From the IMG/VR virus record IMGVR_UViG_3300036398_002581, positions 5,570-69,569 of that record: DNA of 64,000 nucleotides; one strand, written 5' to 3'. This document shows, piece by piece, positions 1 through 8,609 of this stretch. Every line of letters starts with the position of its first letter. The first letter of the stretch is position 1. The translations under genes and the position numbers were made by a program. A model generated the notes under the pieces. That model searched no databases and was not told the origin of the DNA. It saw only the letters and a list, made by a program, of their open reading frames with translations. Origin of the DNA: a virus.

Positions 1-10
1 GAGCGAGACG

Positions 11-322
11 ATGACACAAGACCGAGCAAAATACCTTCTGGTGAGCACGTTGATGGGCGGCGACCTGCGATATGCGTTCCGCCTGGGCAACGCAACGTAC
101 CGTCTCTATGGCGACGGCATGACCCGCAGCGAGTACGAGGCAGTGCGGGCACTGTGGATCACGATGCCGGGATCGGCATCTTTCTATTCGGCACTGTGCG
201 AGGTGGCTGCCGGCCGCATGGTCTGCCCGCCGCGGCTGGCCTGCGAGGCATGCGGATGCACCGGGCAGCCGCACTACTTTGTCTGGACGGGCGGCGAAAC
301 GCTCTGTGTCGATTGCGGCTGA
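11..322 (+). CDS. hypothetical protein, C-terminal CxxC pairs
   Basis: ORF with the ACGATG start context shared by the early block. Confidence 0.6.
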   Translation: MTQDRAKYLLVSTLMGGDLRYAFRLGNATYRLYGDGMTRSEYEAVRALWITMPGSASFYSALCEVAAGRMVCPPRLACEACGCTGQPHYFVWTGGETLCVDCG

Positions 323-348
323 TTCCCCGCCGGCACGTTGCCGGCGGG
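322..348 (+). repeat. 27-bp intergenic hairpin repeat, copy 1 (ATTCCCCGCCGGCACGTTGCCGGCGGG)
   Basis: Identical to 687-713; 10-bp perfect stem. Confidence 0.9.
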
Positions 349-384
349 CGTGGAAACGACGAAACCCCCTACGGGAGAACGACG

Positions 385-681
385 ATGGGAATGATGAAAG
401 AGTCGATCATGCTGATGGGCGAACGCGGGTATGTGACCGTGAGCAAGAACGATCAGCACCGCTGGCAGGGCGCGCTCGCCCGCATACTGCCTGTGACAGA
501 AGTGGCGATCGAGGTGCGTGGCCGGGAGATGATCGAGAACGGCCTGCCCGCGGCCGAGGCTCGCGCTGTGGCGGCCGACCCGCGGATCGATGCGAGCGAC
601 CGGAGCAACCTCGCGTTCCTGCTTGAGGTCGCCGGCCTCGATGCGGATGGGGCCAGCGTTTCCTGGTGGATGCGACGGTGA
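385..681 (+). CDS. hypothetical protein
   Basis: GGGAG RBS and ACGATG start within ORF 154..681. Confidence 0.6.
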   Translation: MGMMKESIMLMGERGYVTVSKNDQHRWQGALARILPVTEVAIEVRGREMIENGLPAAEARAVAADPRIDASDRSNLAFLLEVAGLDADGASVSWWMRR

Positions 682-686
682 CCGAC

Positions 687-713
687 ATTCCCCGCCGGCA
701 CGTTGCCGGCGGG
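687..713 (+). repeat. 27-bp intergenic hairpin repeat, copy 2
   Basis: Identical to 322-348. Confidence 0.9.
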
Positions 714-772
714 TGCGACAGATACGAAACTACACTACCCCCGGACGGGGGAAGCGATGCGAAAGGGAAACG

Positions 773-1018
773 ATGCAGACACTGACACTAGACCAGTTGG
801 CAGGCAAGCGAATTCGGGAGGCGAGGCCGCTCACGCCCGCTGAATTGCACTGCGAGGGAAACGGAGCATACGCGGGCATCCTCCTCGACCTGGGCCGCGC
901 CGGCGCGATCGTGATCGTTCAGAAAACGCTGGACGATGACGAGTGCCCGAGCGACGACTACTGGACGGAGGCCCGGTGGATGACGAACGACGGCCGCGAC
1001 GTTGACCTGACAGCCTAG
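773..1018 (+). CDS. hypothetical protein
   Basis: ACGATG start within ORF 590..1018. Confidence 0.6.
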   Translation: MQTLTLDQLAGKRIREARPLTPAELHCEGNGAYAGILLDLGRAGAIVIVQKTLDDDECPSDDYWTEARWMTNDGRDVDLTA

Positions 1019-1113
1019 CCGACCCCCCGCTACCCCCGGCCGGCGAAATGCTGACCGGGGATTGCGGCGGGCCAGCGTGGCCCCGAACGTGGAAACCTCA
1101 GAGGAGAGCGACG

Positions 1114-1593
1114 ATGAACCTGGACAACCTGGATTTCGAGCAGATGCCCGCTGACGCGGGGCAGGCCGTGAGCGTGGAATACGCAGTCGATTGGGAGAGC
1201 GACACGCTCTACCGCCGCACGGCCGATCGCAGCCGGCCGCGCAGCGGCGTGGCGATTCACGCGGCCAGCATCACGGACGGCGAGTTCGACGCGCAGAACG
1301 GCATCCTGCCCGAACATGGCGAGTGGCGGCCTGCGGACGAGGCGACCGCCGCGGCGGATGGCCGCGGCCTGCACTATCGCTCTGCTGAGTGGCAGCGGCT
1401 GGCCGAACCCCTGCACTGGCAGGGCATCTGGCCCGTCATCGACGCCAGCGGCGAGCTGACCGGCGCGATCAGCGAGGGCGGCGAGGACGAGCTGAACGTG
1501 GACGACGAGGCGATGATCGACGCCGACGAGGCCCGCGACGGCGGCTGGCGGATCGACGCCGAGGATGGGTCTGCCTGCCAGCCGGCTGCCTGA
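1114..1593 (+). CDS. acidic hypothetical protein
   Basis: GAGGAG RBS and ACGATG; D/E-rich, no Lys. Confidence 0.65.
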   Translation: MNLDNLDFEQMPADAGQAVSVEYAVDWESDTLYRRTADRSRPRSGVAIHAASITDGEFDAQNGILPEHGEWRPADEATAAADGRGLHYRSAEWQRLAEPLHWQGIWPVIDASGELTGAISEGGEDELNVDDEAMIDADEARDGGWRIDAEDGSACQPAA

Positions 1594-1667
1594 CCCCCGG
1601 CCCGTGGAAACGAGAACCCGATTCACCCCCATGCCGCCCCGTGCGGCGAAACACTAGGAGAGAGACG

Positions 1668-2246
1668 ATGACACTGAATGAAAACGAGATCGATGACCGC
1701 ACTGCCTTCGCGCAGGGCGACGAGTTTGCGACCGAGGCGGAGGTGCGGGATTACTTCACAGTCGAGTCGATGGTGGAGATGTTTGGTCGCGACCCTGAGT
1801 ACGTCGCGCCTACTCAGGAGGAATTGACCGAGTGGGCGGATGCGGTCGTCGCCAACCGCTGGCACATGGAACCGCTGCCTGCCGTCGCAGTCGAATTCGC
1901 CATCGACAGCGAGACGATCTGCAACTGCGCAAACATTGACGAGTTCGCGGGATTGGGGCATCCGTACCAAAAAGATGCCACCGAGGCCTACCGCAGGGCG
2001 GCGATTCACTCCCTGCGAGATGATCCTCGCGCCAATCGCATGGATGACTGCCCGCCGAAGGGGCCGCGGTGCCTCCACTCCCAGTGGCGTGGAGCACACT
2101 GGGGCTATCACTCAGGTGCAATCGGCACGATGGCGGCTGACCTGACAGATGCCGAGAAGGCAGCGATCTCCGCGGCCGACGATGCCGGCCGCGAGGCGGC
2201 AAGGAAGGTGATCGCGGAGGCTGATGCCGACGCGGCGGCTGAGTAG
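1668..2246 (+). CDS. hypothetical protein (acidic N-terminus)
   Basis: AGGAG RBS and ACGATG within ORF 1389..2246. Confidence 0.65.
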   Translation: MTLNENEIDDRTAFAQGDEFATEAEVRDYFTVESMVEMFGRDPEYVAPTQEELTEWADAVVANRWHMEPLPAVAVEFAIDSETICNCANIDEFAGLGHPYQKDATEAYRRAAIHSLRDDPRANRMDDCPPKGPRCLHSQWRGAHWGYHSGAIGTMAADLTDAEKAAISAADDAGREAARKVIAEADADAAAE

Positions 2247-2276
2247 ACCCCAGGTCGTGGAAACGAGAACACACAC

Positions 2277-2308
2277 CCCAGCCGGCCCCGGCCGGCGAAA
2301 CGAGAGGA
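2277..2308 (+). repeat. 32-bp leader repeat, copy 1 (CCCAGCCGGCCCCGGCCGGCGAAACGAGAGGA)
   Basis: Identical to 3007-3038; ends in the RBS. Confidence 0.9.
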
Positions 2309-2315
2309 AACGACG

Positions 2316-2615
2316 ATGCTTGCTGAAACATGGAATGAAACTGACGGATACGGGATCCCGAGGATGACCTCGCAGGTTGGATTGAAACGCCGCTACAGCT
2401 ACGACGGCGGCCAGACATGGCGGCACAACGCACGGCTGGCCCGCAAGGCCGCGGGGGTGCCGGAACCTTGGTACTGGCTTGATGGGGTGCCGTATTGCCC
2501 TGCCTGCGTCGAGGCCGATTCGCCGTGCATGGGAGGCGATGAGGCCGCCCGCGCTAATAGATCACCGGCTTCGCAATGGGATTGCCGCTGCGCCTGCTGC
2601 GGGGTGCAATCATGA
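2316..2615 (+). CDS. hypothetical protein, Cys-rich C-terminus
   Basis: ORF directly after the leader repeat. Confidence 0.6.
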   Translation: MLAETWNETDGYGIPRMTSQVGLKRRYSYDGGQTWRHNARLARKAAGVPEPWYWLDGVPYCPACVEADSPCMGGDEAARANRSPASQWDCRCACCGVQS

Positions 2616-2971
2616 TGATGGGCATCAACATCAACGACAAGACCCAAGACTTCACCGCTCAGATTCTGCGCGGCGAGAAGACGGTCGAGACCCGCCGCAC
2701 CAACTCGCTCCGACCGTATGTGGGGCAGCGGGTAGGCATCGTCCGCACCGGCCGGGGGCGGGCGACACTGGTCGGTTACGCGACGATTGGCGAGCCGATC
2801 CGCTACGAGAACCAGAAGCAGTTTGCGAAAGACCGCGCTCGCCACCGGGTGGCGGCGGGCTCCCCGCACGACTGCGGCCCCGAGGGCAAGTTTGGCTACC
2901 CCATGATCGACGTTGAAGCGACGACGCCCAGGGCGGTGACGAGCCGCGGGATTGTGGCGAGAAGAATCTGA
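2612..2971 (+). CDS. ASCH/PUA-like domain protein
   Basis: ILRGEKTVETR motif typical of ASCH. Confidence 0.75.
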   Translation: MMMGININDKTQDFTAQILRGEKTVETRRTNSLRPYVGQRVGIVRTGRGRATLVGYATIGEPIRYENQKQFAKDRARHRVAAGSPHDCGPEGKFGYPMIDVEATTPRAVTSRGIVARRI

Positions 2972-3006
2972 CCGAGCACCCCGAACGACGAAACGATAGA
3001 CCATAA

Positions 3007-3038
3007 CCCAGCCGGCCCCGGCCGGCGAAACGAGAGGA
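3007..3038 (+). repeat. 32-bp leader repeat, copy 2
   Basis: Identical to 2277-2308. Confidence 0.9.
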
Positions 3039-3043
3039 CGACG

Positions 3044-3286
3044 ATGGCAAAGAAGAAAACAGCAAAGAAGCCGAGCCGAAGAAAAGCCGCCCCCAAGTTT
3101 GCCCGAGGAACGATGGTCTTCTGGCTTGAGGATGCGAAGCCTTGGTGGATCGTCGAGTGGCAGCCCAACAACGGCCGCGACGGCTGCTACTGGATCACCG
3201 ACTACATCGGCACCTGCGGCGGAGCCGGCGAGCGCGAGTTGAGCCTGTTCCCCGGCGAGGCACCAGTTCTGCGGACGGGATTCTGA
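3044..3286 (+). CDS. hypothetical protein
   Basis: ORF directly after the leader repeat. Confidence 0.6.
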   Translation: MAKKKTAKKPSRRKAAPKFARGTMVFWLEDAKPWWIVEWQPNNGRDGCYWITDYIGTCGGAGERELSLFPGEAPVLRTGF

Positions 3287-3363
3287 GACAACATCCACCC
3301 GCGCTCGAGGGCCGCCGCCACCCCCGAGCGCAACAACCCCGTGCGGCGAAAGCAGAGGAAACG

Positions 3364-3747
3364 ATGACGAAAGAAGGCTTCAAGATCGACAAGAAGAAGC
3401 GAATGTCGAAGAAGGCGGTCTGCGCCTACTTCGGCGATCGCGGGATGCCGGTATCGCCCGCAGAGGTGGCTTTCCACGCGGTCGGCACGTTCACAAGCAG
3501 GAAGTGGGATCACGAGCACGGCGGTCGCTTCACCAACGAGCTGGAGACCATCCCGGCCCTGGCCGTGATCATCAAGGAACGGCCGGCTGGCATCTGCGAC
3601 TGGGGCGACACCGACGAGGGCCGCATGGATGTCTACTCGCTCAGAGACATTTACGGCGAGTGCCAGGACGATGTCCCCGCCCCGAAGTACGCTATCGCCG
3701 CGGCGAAGCGGGCAGCCCGGCCGGCGAAACGAAAGGCAGCCCGATGA
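3364..3747 (+). CDS. hypothetical protein
   Basis: GAGGA RBS and ACGATG. Confidence 0.6.
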   Translation: MTKEGFKIDKKKRMSKKAVCAYFGDRGMPVSPAEVAFHAVGTFTSRKWDHEHGGRFTNELETIPALAVIIKERPAGICDWGDTDEGRMDVYSLRDIYGECQDDVPAPKYAIAAAKRAARPAKRKAAR

Positions 3748-3932
3748 TCACCTACGGCCCGATCCCAGGCGAGATTCGGCGTGAGTGGCTACAGCTCATG
3801 TTCGACAACATGCGAATGCACCGCGAGCTGCGGCAACGCAAGCGTAGGAGCGCCGGCCTCCCCGCCGGCAATCTGGTCACCGGATCGTTCCGGCGGCCCG
3901 TCCGAGGAAACAACAGGAACCCCCGATCATGA
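3744..3932 (+). CDS. hypothetical protein
   Basis: ATGA overlap with the upstream gene. Confidence 0.5.
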   Translation: MITYGPIPGEIRREWLQLMFDNMRMHRELRQRKRRSAGLPAGNLVTGSFRRPVRGNNRNPRS

Positions 3933-4105
3933 AAAACCGAGTGACCCCCTACGAGGCCGGCTGGCTGACATTTCTGGTCAGCAGCGGCATCGCCAGCGAG
4001 GCTGCCTGCCGCGCCGCGATGAATCGCGTGGCCCAGGACGCCCTCGACGAGATCAACCGCCTGCGGGAAAAGAAGCGGGCTAGCAAAAAACGCAAGGATC
4101 AATAG
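3929..4105 (+). CDS. small hypothetical protein (58 aa, MKNRVTPYEAGW...)
   Basis: ATGA-coupled ORF below the track's size cut-off. Confidence 0.5.
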   Translation: MKNRVTPYEAGWLTFLVSSGIASEAACRAAMNRVAQDALDEINRLREKKRASKKRKDQ

Positions 4106-4165
4106 GCTACTGGTCGATAGTTAATAGGCTACGAAACGATACTTCACTTCAAAAGGAGACTCAAC

Positions 4166-4471
4166 ATGAGTCACGCAGTAGGCGATAGGGTCTGGAGCGC
4201 ATGGGTGTCGACGAGGAACATCGACGCGATTGAGTCGATGGTGACTTCGGTCGTCGTCGTGGCGGTGATCGAGGAGCGGCCCCTGTTCCGCCTGTATGGC
4301 GGCGGGGTCCGCGAGAAGTACGAGTTTGAGACGATCTGCCTGACCGAGGCGGATGCCTGGGCTCACTGTGCCCAGGAGATCGCCGCAGTACGCGATCGCG
4401 TCGTGGCCTCCGCCGAAAACGCCATCGCCAAGGCGGCGTCGTTCCGCGTCGGGGAGGCTGTGCCCGTATGA
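4166..4471 (+). CDS. hypothetical protein
   Basis: AAGGAG RBS. Confidence 0.65.
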   Translation: MSHAVGDRVWSAWVSTRNIDAIESMVTSVVVVAVIEERPLFRLYGGGVREKYEFETICLTEADAWAHCAQEIAAVRDRVVASAENAIAKAASFRVGEAVPV

Positions 4472-4606
4472 CTCCCCCCCGACCGTGGAAATGGGTCATG
4501 GATGACCTCGTCCGCACGCTCGTGCTGATCCGACTCGGGCAACTGCTCGGGTCGGACAGCACGGCGGCGAGGGCCGTCCACGATCTCGTCGAATCCCTGT
4601 TTAGCA

Positions 4607-4636
4607 TTGTCCGATGATTGTCCTGGCGTATAGAAT
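4607..4636 (+). promoter_or_regulatory. putative sigma70-type promoter TTGTCC-18-TAGAAT
   Basis: Consensus similarity upstream of 4674. Confidence 0.4.
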
Positions 4637-4673
4637 GTCACCCCTACCCGAATGTGGAAACGAGAGGAAAACG

Positions 4674-5063
4674 ATGAAATATGTTCTGAGCGACATTGCC
4701 GGCGAAAACTTCCGGCTGGCCGATGGAATGTGGACCGACGAGGTTGACCTTGCCGAGCGGTTCTCATTCGACGCCGCCCAGGTGCGGATCGAGGAGCTGG
4801 CAGCCGAGGGCGTTCACGCCAAGGCTGTCGAGACGCATGGCAGGAAGCGGAAGACCTCCGAGTCGATCGTCAATCGCGTCACGAAGTCACTGGACAAGCT
4901 CGAGCGCCAGTGGGAGGGCAAGACGATCGGCATCGGCTACGAGGTCGATGTCGAGGTAGGCCAGATCATCCTGACCCTCGAGCCGGACGGCGAGCCCGAG
5001 CTTTCCCTGAACATCAGCGTGGACATCTCCGGCGTGTTCGTCGGAGTAGGAGACGAAAACTAA
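4674..5063 (+). CDS. hypothetical protein
   Basis: GTGGAAACGAGAGGAAAACGATG leader. Confidence 0.65.
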   Translation: MKYVLSDIAGENFRLADGMWTDEVDLAERFSFDAAQVRIEELAAEGVHAKAVETHGRKRKTSESIVNRVTKSLDKLERQWEGKTIGIGYEVDVEVGQIILTLEPDGEPELSLNISVDISGVFVGVGDEN

Positions 5064-5356
5064 TGAAACCCATTGATATCAGCGAGTACCTGACGATCCA
5101 GCAGGCTATGGACGAGCTAGGCTGCCCGCGGAGGACACTCTCCAGGGCCGTTCAGCGGGCCGAGGCCGCCGGCAAAAAGATCGTCGTCGAAATCCTGGGC
5201 AAGCCGGCGATCCACAAGTCGAAGATCGCCGTGCTCAAGGAGTACTACTACCCCTACGGCTCAGCCGCTCACCAGAAGATGGTGAAGAAGTGGGGGGCGT
5301 CGGGCGGCACGCAGAAGCGAGTGAACCGCGAGAAGGCCGAGCGGGGTCGCCTTTAA
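5063..5356 (+). CDS. helix-turn-helix DNA-binding protein
   Basis: YLTIQQAMDELGCPRRTLSRAV, an HTH_17/excisionase-like pattern. Confidence 0.65.
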   Translation: MKPIDISEYLTIQQAMDELGCPRRTLSRAVQRAEAAGKKIVVEILGKPAIHKSKIAVLKEYYYPYGSAAHQKMVKKWGASGGTQKRVNREKAERGRL

Positions 5357-5640
5357 CAAGAGTCGCGGGCGGTCCTCTTACTATGGCATGCCTTGCATAA
5401 GGTTCTCAGATTCCCCATCGACTCATCGCCGCCCTTCGCCTTCTCGACGATATGGTCGATGTCGGGGGAGCCGACCACCAGCAGCCCGCACAACTGGCAG
5501 ATGCCCTGGTCGCGGGCGATGACGGCCAACCGGGTGCGCCGCCACGAGGCAGAGCAGTATCCGCGGGACGCCGCCGTCGGGCGGGCCTCCCCCCGTGGGG
5601 AGAAACGAGGCGGTCTAAACGTCGGGATTCTTTTGGGCAC
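5353..5640 (-). CDS. HNH endonuclease, HK97 gp74-like (terminase-associated)
   Basis: RGY..W...R..V.ARD..CQLC, DHI...GG...NLRTLCKACH. Confidence 0.9.
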   Translation of the reverse strand: MPKRIPTFRPPRFSPRGEARPTAASRGYCSASWRRTRLAVIARDQGICQLCGLLVVGSPDIDHIVEKAKGGDESMGNLRTLCKACHSKRTARDSC

Positions 5641-5956
5641 GAGACTGTTCCTGCCACCCGTACATGAGAACCTTATGGGCGTGGTTCTTTTTCCACCACG
5701 CGATGATCGCCTTCACGATCAACTGAGCGAGCACGCTGATCAGGATCGCGGCGATTACTGATCCGTACTTGTCTCGAGCGCGGATGCGGAGGCGGGCGGC
5801 GAGCACCTCCTCCATTCGTTCAGCCGGCGCGTCGACTGGGAACTCCTCGACCGCCCATTCCACGAGTTGATCGCGGAGGGCCGGGTGCGTCGAAAGCCGG
5901 ATGCCACCGGCTCGCGATACATACCGCTTTAGCGTGTCGTACTTGGCGTCGGGCAT
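5615..5956 (-). CDS. membrane protein
   Basis: Hydrophobic segment SVIAAILISVLAQLIVKAIIAWW. Confidence 0.6.
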   Translation of the reverse strand: MPDAKYDTLKRYVSRAGGIRLSTHPALRDQLVEWAVEEFPVDAPAERMEEVLAARLRIRARDKYGSVIAAILISVLAQLIVKAIIAWWKKNHAHKVLMYGWQEQSRAQKNPDV

Positions 5957-6222
5957 TTGCCGTCCTTGCATGGTGGTGCCAGGGCGGCGGATGTCGTTGC
6001 CTTGCCCGTACCCTTGCAGACGGGGCACTCGGAACGCACGCGACCGTCAGACAAATACCCGAGGCCGCGGCAATTGCTACAAACGCCAGACGGAGCAGGA
6101 GCCGGCTTGGACTGCGACATCAGCGAATACTTGCCGGCGACTGCGACGAACGGTCGGAGGTCTTCGGCGGCGCTCGAGCAGCCGCAGAGCAGGAGCAGGA
6201 TCGCGAGAGCAACCTTAGACAT
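5929..6222 (-). CDS. putative lipoprotein with DnaJ-type CxxCxGxG zinc finger
   Basis: Lipobox LLLCGC; CSNCRGLG and CPVCKGTG. Confidence 0.7.
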   Translation of the reverse strand: MSKVALAILLLLCGCSSAAEDLRPFVAVAGKYSLMSQSKPAPAPSGVCSNCRGLGYLSDGRVRSECPVCKGTGKATTSAALAPPCKDGKCPTPSTTR

Positions 6223-7213
6223 TGCCTTCGGCTCCGTAGGTTGTGTGACGACGACGCGGCCAGCCGGCCACGCTCGAGAGTGCGATGCACTGGCACTTGT
6301 CGATCGTGTCAGCGAGAGCCCAGAAGCAACCCTCTGGAATAAGGAGGTCGGTGCCGAGCACCTTGCGACTCCCTGAGTTCCATTTCGCCCAGGAGTTCAC
6401 CCAAAGGACAAGGGCCTGCCCGTACTTCTTGTGAGTCTCAGGGCGATCGTCGTAGCCCGCCCAGGCTTGGCTGTGGGCCCATCGTCCAACCTGACGACTC
6501 ACGCCGTCCTCGTTCCTCGTATTCTCGAATCCGAGAGAACTGCAATTGAAGACGCAGAAGCCGGACGCGAGGAAATCCCTCACCTGTTCTCTGCCCTTCA
6601 GAAATGTCGCCGTCCTCGCGACGTACTGCTTGCTCTCGCGCAGCCAGTTCTCGCCTGGGGGCGTCGCGCCGCCAAGGCGAATCGTCTTCTCGGTGTAGTG
6701 CGTGAGATCAATCTTCAGATCGGGGTATGGCTTGCGAATGAGGAAGCCCTTCTCGCAGGCGACCTTCGCTGCTTCAGAGCACACCCAGCCGTCCCCGTTG
6801 AATCCACGCCACGCGAAAAGCGATTCACTCGCGATGACTGATTCGCGGATACCGGCCGCTGGAAGTTCAGGCGCGCCCTCAAGTCGGCCGGTCACTTCGT
6901 CCGGCTTGTTGTCGTAGATTTCTGCGCTCAAGCTGCCGAGCAAGGCTCGCGAGCAGCCCCATCCGACACAATCTCCAAAAAGTTGGCTCGGCCCCGGCAG
7001 CGAGCCAGGAAACACGGCTTCGATCGTTCGCCAGAGCGTCGACAGCTTGCCAGCCCCAGCCTGCTCGAGCCCCCAGTCATAGGCGACGTTCGCACCATTC
7101 GGATCACCACCGTATCGCAGAACATAGTCAGCGAAGACCTCGTCGGCGCGCGGGTCTTTGCGACAGCCGATGAAACCCTTCGCGTACTTCTCAGCGGGGT
7201 CGAAGTCACTCAT
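6215..7213 (-). CDS. papain-like (C1-type) cysteine peptidase
   Basis: Q..GDCVGWG (Gln/Cys), WAHSQAWAGYD (His), WVNSW (Asn). Confidence 0.75.
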   Translation of the reverse strand: MSDFDPAEKYAKGFIGCRKDPRADEVFADYVLRYGGDPNGANVAYDWGLEQAGAGKLSTLWRTIEAVFPGSLPGPSQLFGDCVGWGCSRALLGSLSAEIYDNKPDEVTGRLEGAPELPAAGIRESVIASESLFAWRGFNGDGWVCSEAAKVACEKGFLIRKPYPDLKIDLTHYTEKTIRLGGATPPGENWLRESKQYVARTATFLKGREQVRDFLASGFCVFNCSSLGFENTRNEDGVSRQVGRWAHSQAWAGYDDRPETHKKYGQALVLWVNSWAKWNSGSRKVLGTDLLIPEGCFWALADTIDKCQCIALSSVAGWPRRRHTTYGAEGNV

Positions 7214-7691
7214 TTCCGTTCACCTTGAAGCTCCACCGCAGCACACCGCAGGCGTCCATGAGCTGCTGCCGTTTCACGGCATCGACCATTGCTGTGTCGG
7301 CACCCGCCGCAGAGAAGAAAACAGCGTCGATGGCCTTGTCCAGGCCGGGATACTTGCCGACGTTCTTCTTCTGGATCGCAAGGTTCAGGCTGCCGGCGTG
7401 AAACACCGTGAACTTTTCGGTATCGCCGATGATCGGAGTCGACCTCTCGCCGTCCTGCTTGAGGATGTACTCCATCGCGTCGTAGAAGTTGCTCAGATAC
7501 TCCCGATCGGCGGGCAGCATCCGGGGCAGGATAGTTTTAAGCTCGCCGGCCCACTTGATCTGATCGTCGGCCGGCTTCCCGGCGACGACGGTTGTCTGCG
7601 GCGGCAGAGGCCACTTCACGTCCAGCGAGCCGCCTCTCCAGGCGAATGCGAGCAGTGCGACTGCCACGATGTACCTCGCTGTGTTGTTCAC
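7206..7691 (-). CDS. N-terminally anchored/secreted protein
   Basis: YIVAVALLAFAW signal/TM segment. Confidence 0.65.
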   Translation of the reverse strand: MNNTARYIVAVALLAFAWRGGSLDVKWPLPPQTTVVAGKPADDQIKWAGELKTILPRMLPADREYLSNFYDAMEYILKQDGERSTPIIGDTEKFTVFHAGSLNLAIQKKNVGKYPGLDKAIDAVFFSAAGADTAMVDAVKRQQLMDACGVLRWSFKVNGNE

Positions 7692-7966
7692 TACTTGTCG
7701 CTCCCGGCCACCAGGGCCAGCGTTAGAGTGTCGATGGCCGCCCGCTGTGGGCTCTTCTCTTCGCCCAGGTGACCCGTGGTGTTCAGGCGGGCTCGCACTC
7801 GGGCGAGGTTGTGAATGGCGTCCTCGTAGCCCACAGGGGCCACGCTGGGGGCTGGCAGGGGCGTCGATGGCAGCTTGCCCAGCACGAACTTGCCGACGGC
7901 GGCGATCTTAGGCCACGCCACCACTGCCGCCGCAATAATCCCGGCCCCAATCTGCTCGTATGTCAT
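7691..7966 (-). CDS. small membrane protein
   Basis: N-terminal TM segment. Confidence 0.6.
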   Translation of the reverse strand: MTYEQIGAGIIAAAVVAWPKIAAVGKFVLGKLPSTPLPAPSVAPVGYEDAIHNLARVRARLNTTGHLGEEKSPQRAAIDTLTLALVAGSDK

Positions 7967-8256
7967 GTGATCTCCTGTGCGACGAGAGCGAACCATTCGA
8001 CCAGTGCCTGACCCTCGGGCGTCTTCAAAACAGCCTCGATCCGGTCGAGCACGTTGTTGTCCTTGTCAGTCTTTGTCTTGTCTGCCGCCAGCCGGAGGGC
8101 GGCGACGAGTGCAAGAGCCTTCTCGGCTGGGGTCTTCGCCAAAGCGACGGCCTCGAGCTTCGCCAAGAGCGGTGCCCAGGCCGCCAGCAGACGGACCTTG
8201 TCGATGATCGAAAGACCACCGTACATCTGGCCGAACTGCTCGTCACTTTCGTCCAT
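7963..8256 (-). CDS. hypothetical protein
   Basis: Coupled ORF; TKTDKDNNVL motif. Confidence 0.6.
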   Translation of the reverse strand: MDESDEQFGQMYGGLSIIDKVRLLAAWAPLLAKLEAVALAKTPAEKALALVAALRLAADKTKTDKDNNVLDRIEAVLKTPEGQALVEWFALVAQEIT

Positions 8257-8428
8257 CGCGATTCCTCTTGAGAAATGCCTGATACTCGCGGCTGGCAGTG
8301 CGGCCCTCGCTGGTCAGTTTCCCCCGCACATACGGCTGATCTCGGACAAGCGCCATCAGCGGCGTCGAGTCGTCGCCGCGGCGGCTCTCGAACTCGCGGC
8401 GATCGATGTCGGCGTCCTCAATCACCAT
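8243..8428 (-). CDS. hypothetical protein
   Basis: Coupled ORF. Confidence 0.5.
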   Translation of the reverse strand: MVIEDADIDRREFESRRGDDSTPLMALVRDQPYVRGKLTSEGRTASREYQAFLKRNRDGRK

Positions 8429-8609
8429 GCACCATAAAATTCATGCCGTCGTAAGCGTCATCGAACACGGCCCTGGCGAACTCGGCGGCCTCGCTTTTTC
8501 CGATCGTTCGCCCGAACGACCACACTTCGTCCTCGACGATGTCGTCGCCTTTGCGGATCGTCAGCCGCGCCTCTTTTGGAGCGATCACCAATTCGACTTT
8601 CGCCAGCAT
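8418..8609 (-). CDS. hypothetical protein
   Basis: GGAG RBS; coupled ORF. Confidence 0.55.
   Translation of the reverse strand: MLAKVELVIAPKEARLTIRKGDDIVEDEVWSFGRTIGKSEAAEFARAVFDDAYDGMNFMVHGD

Noticed and set aside
322-3351. Repeats as a CRISPR array or integron attC sites
   Set aside because: Spacing is gene-sized and irregular, repeat types differ, and no cas genes, IntI or GTTRRRY core pattern were seen
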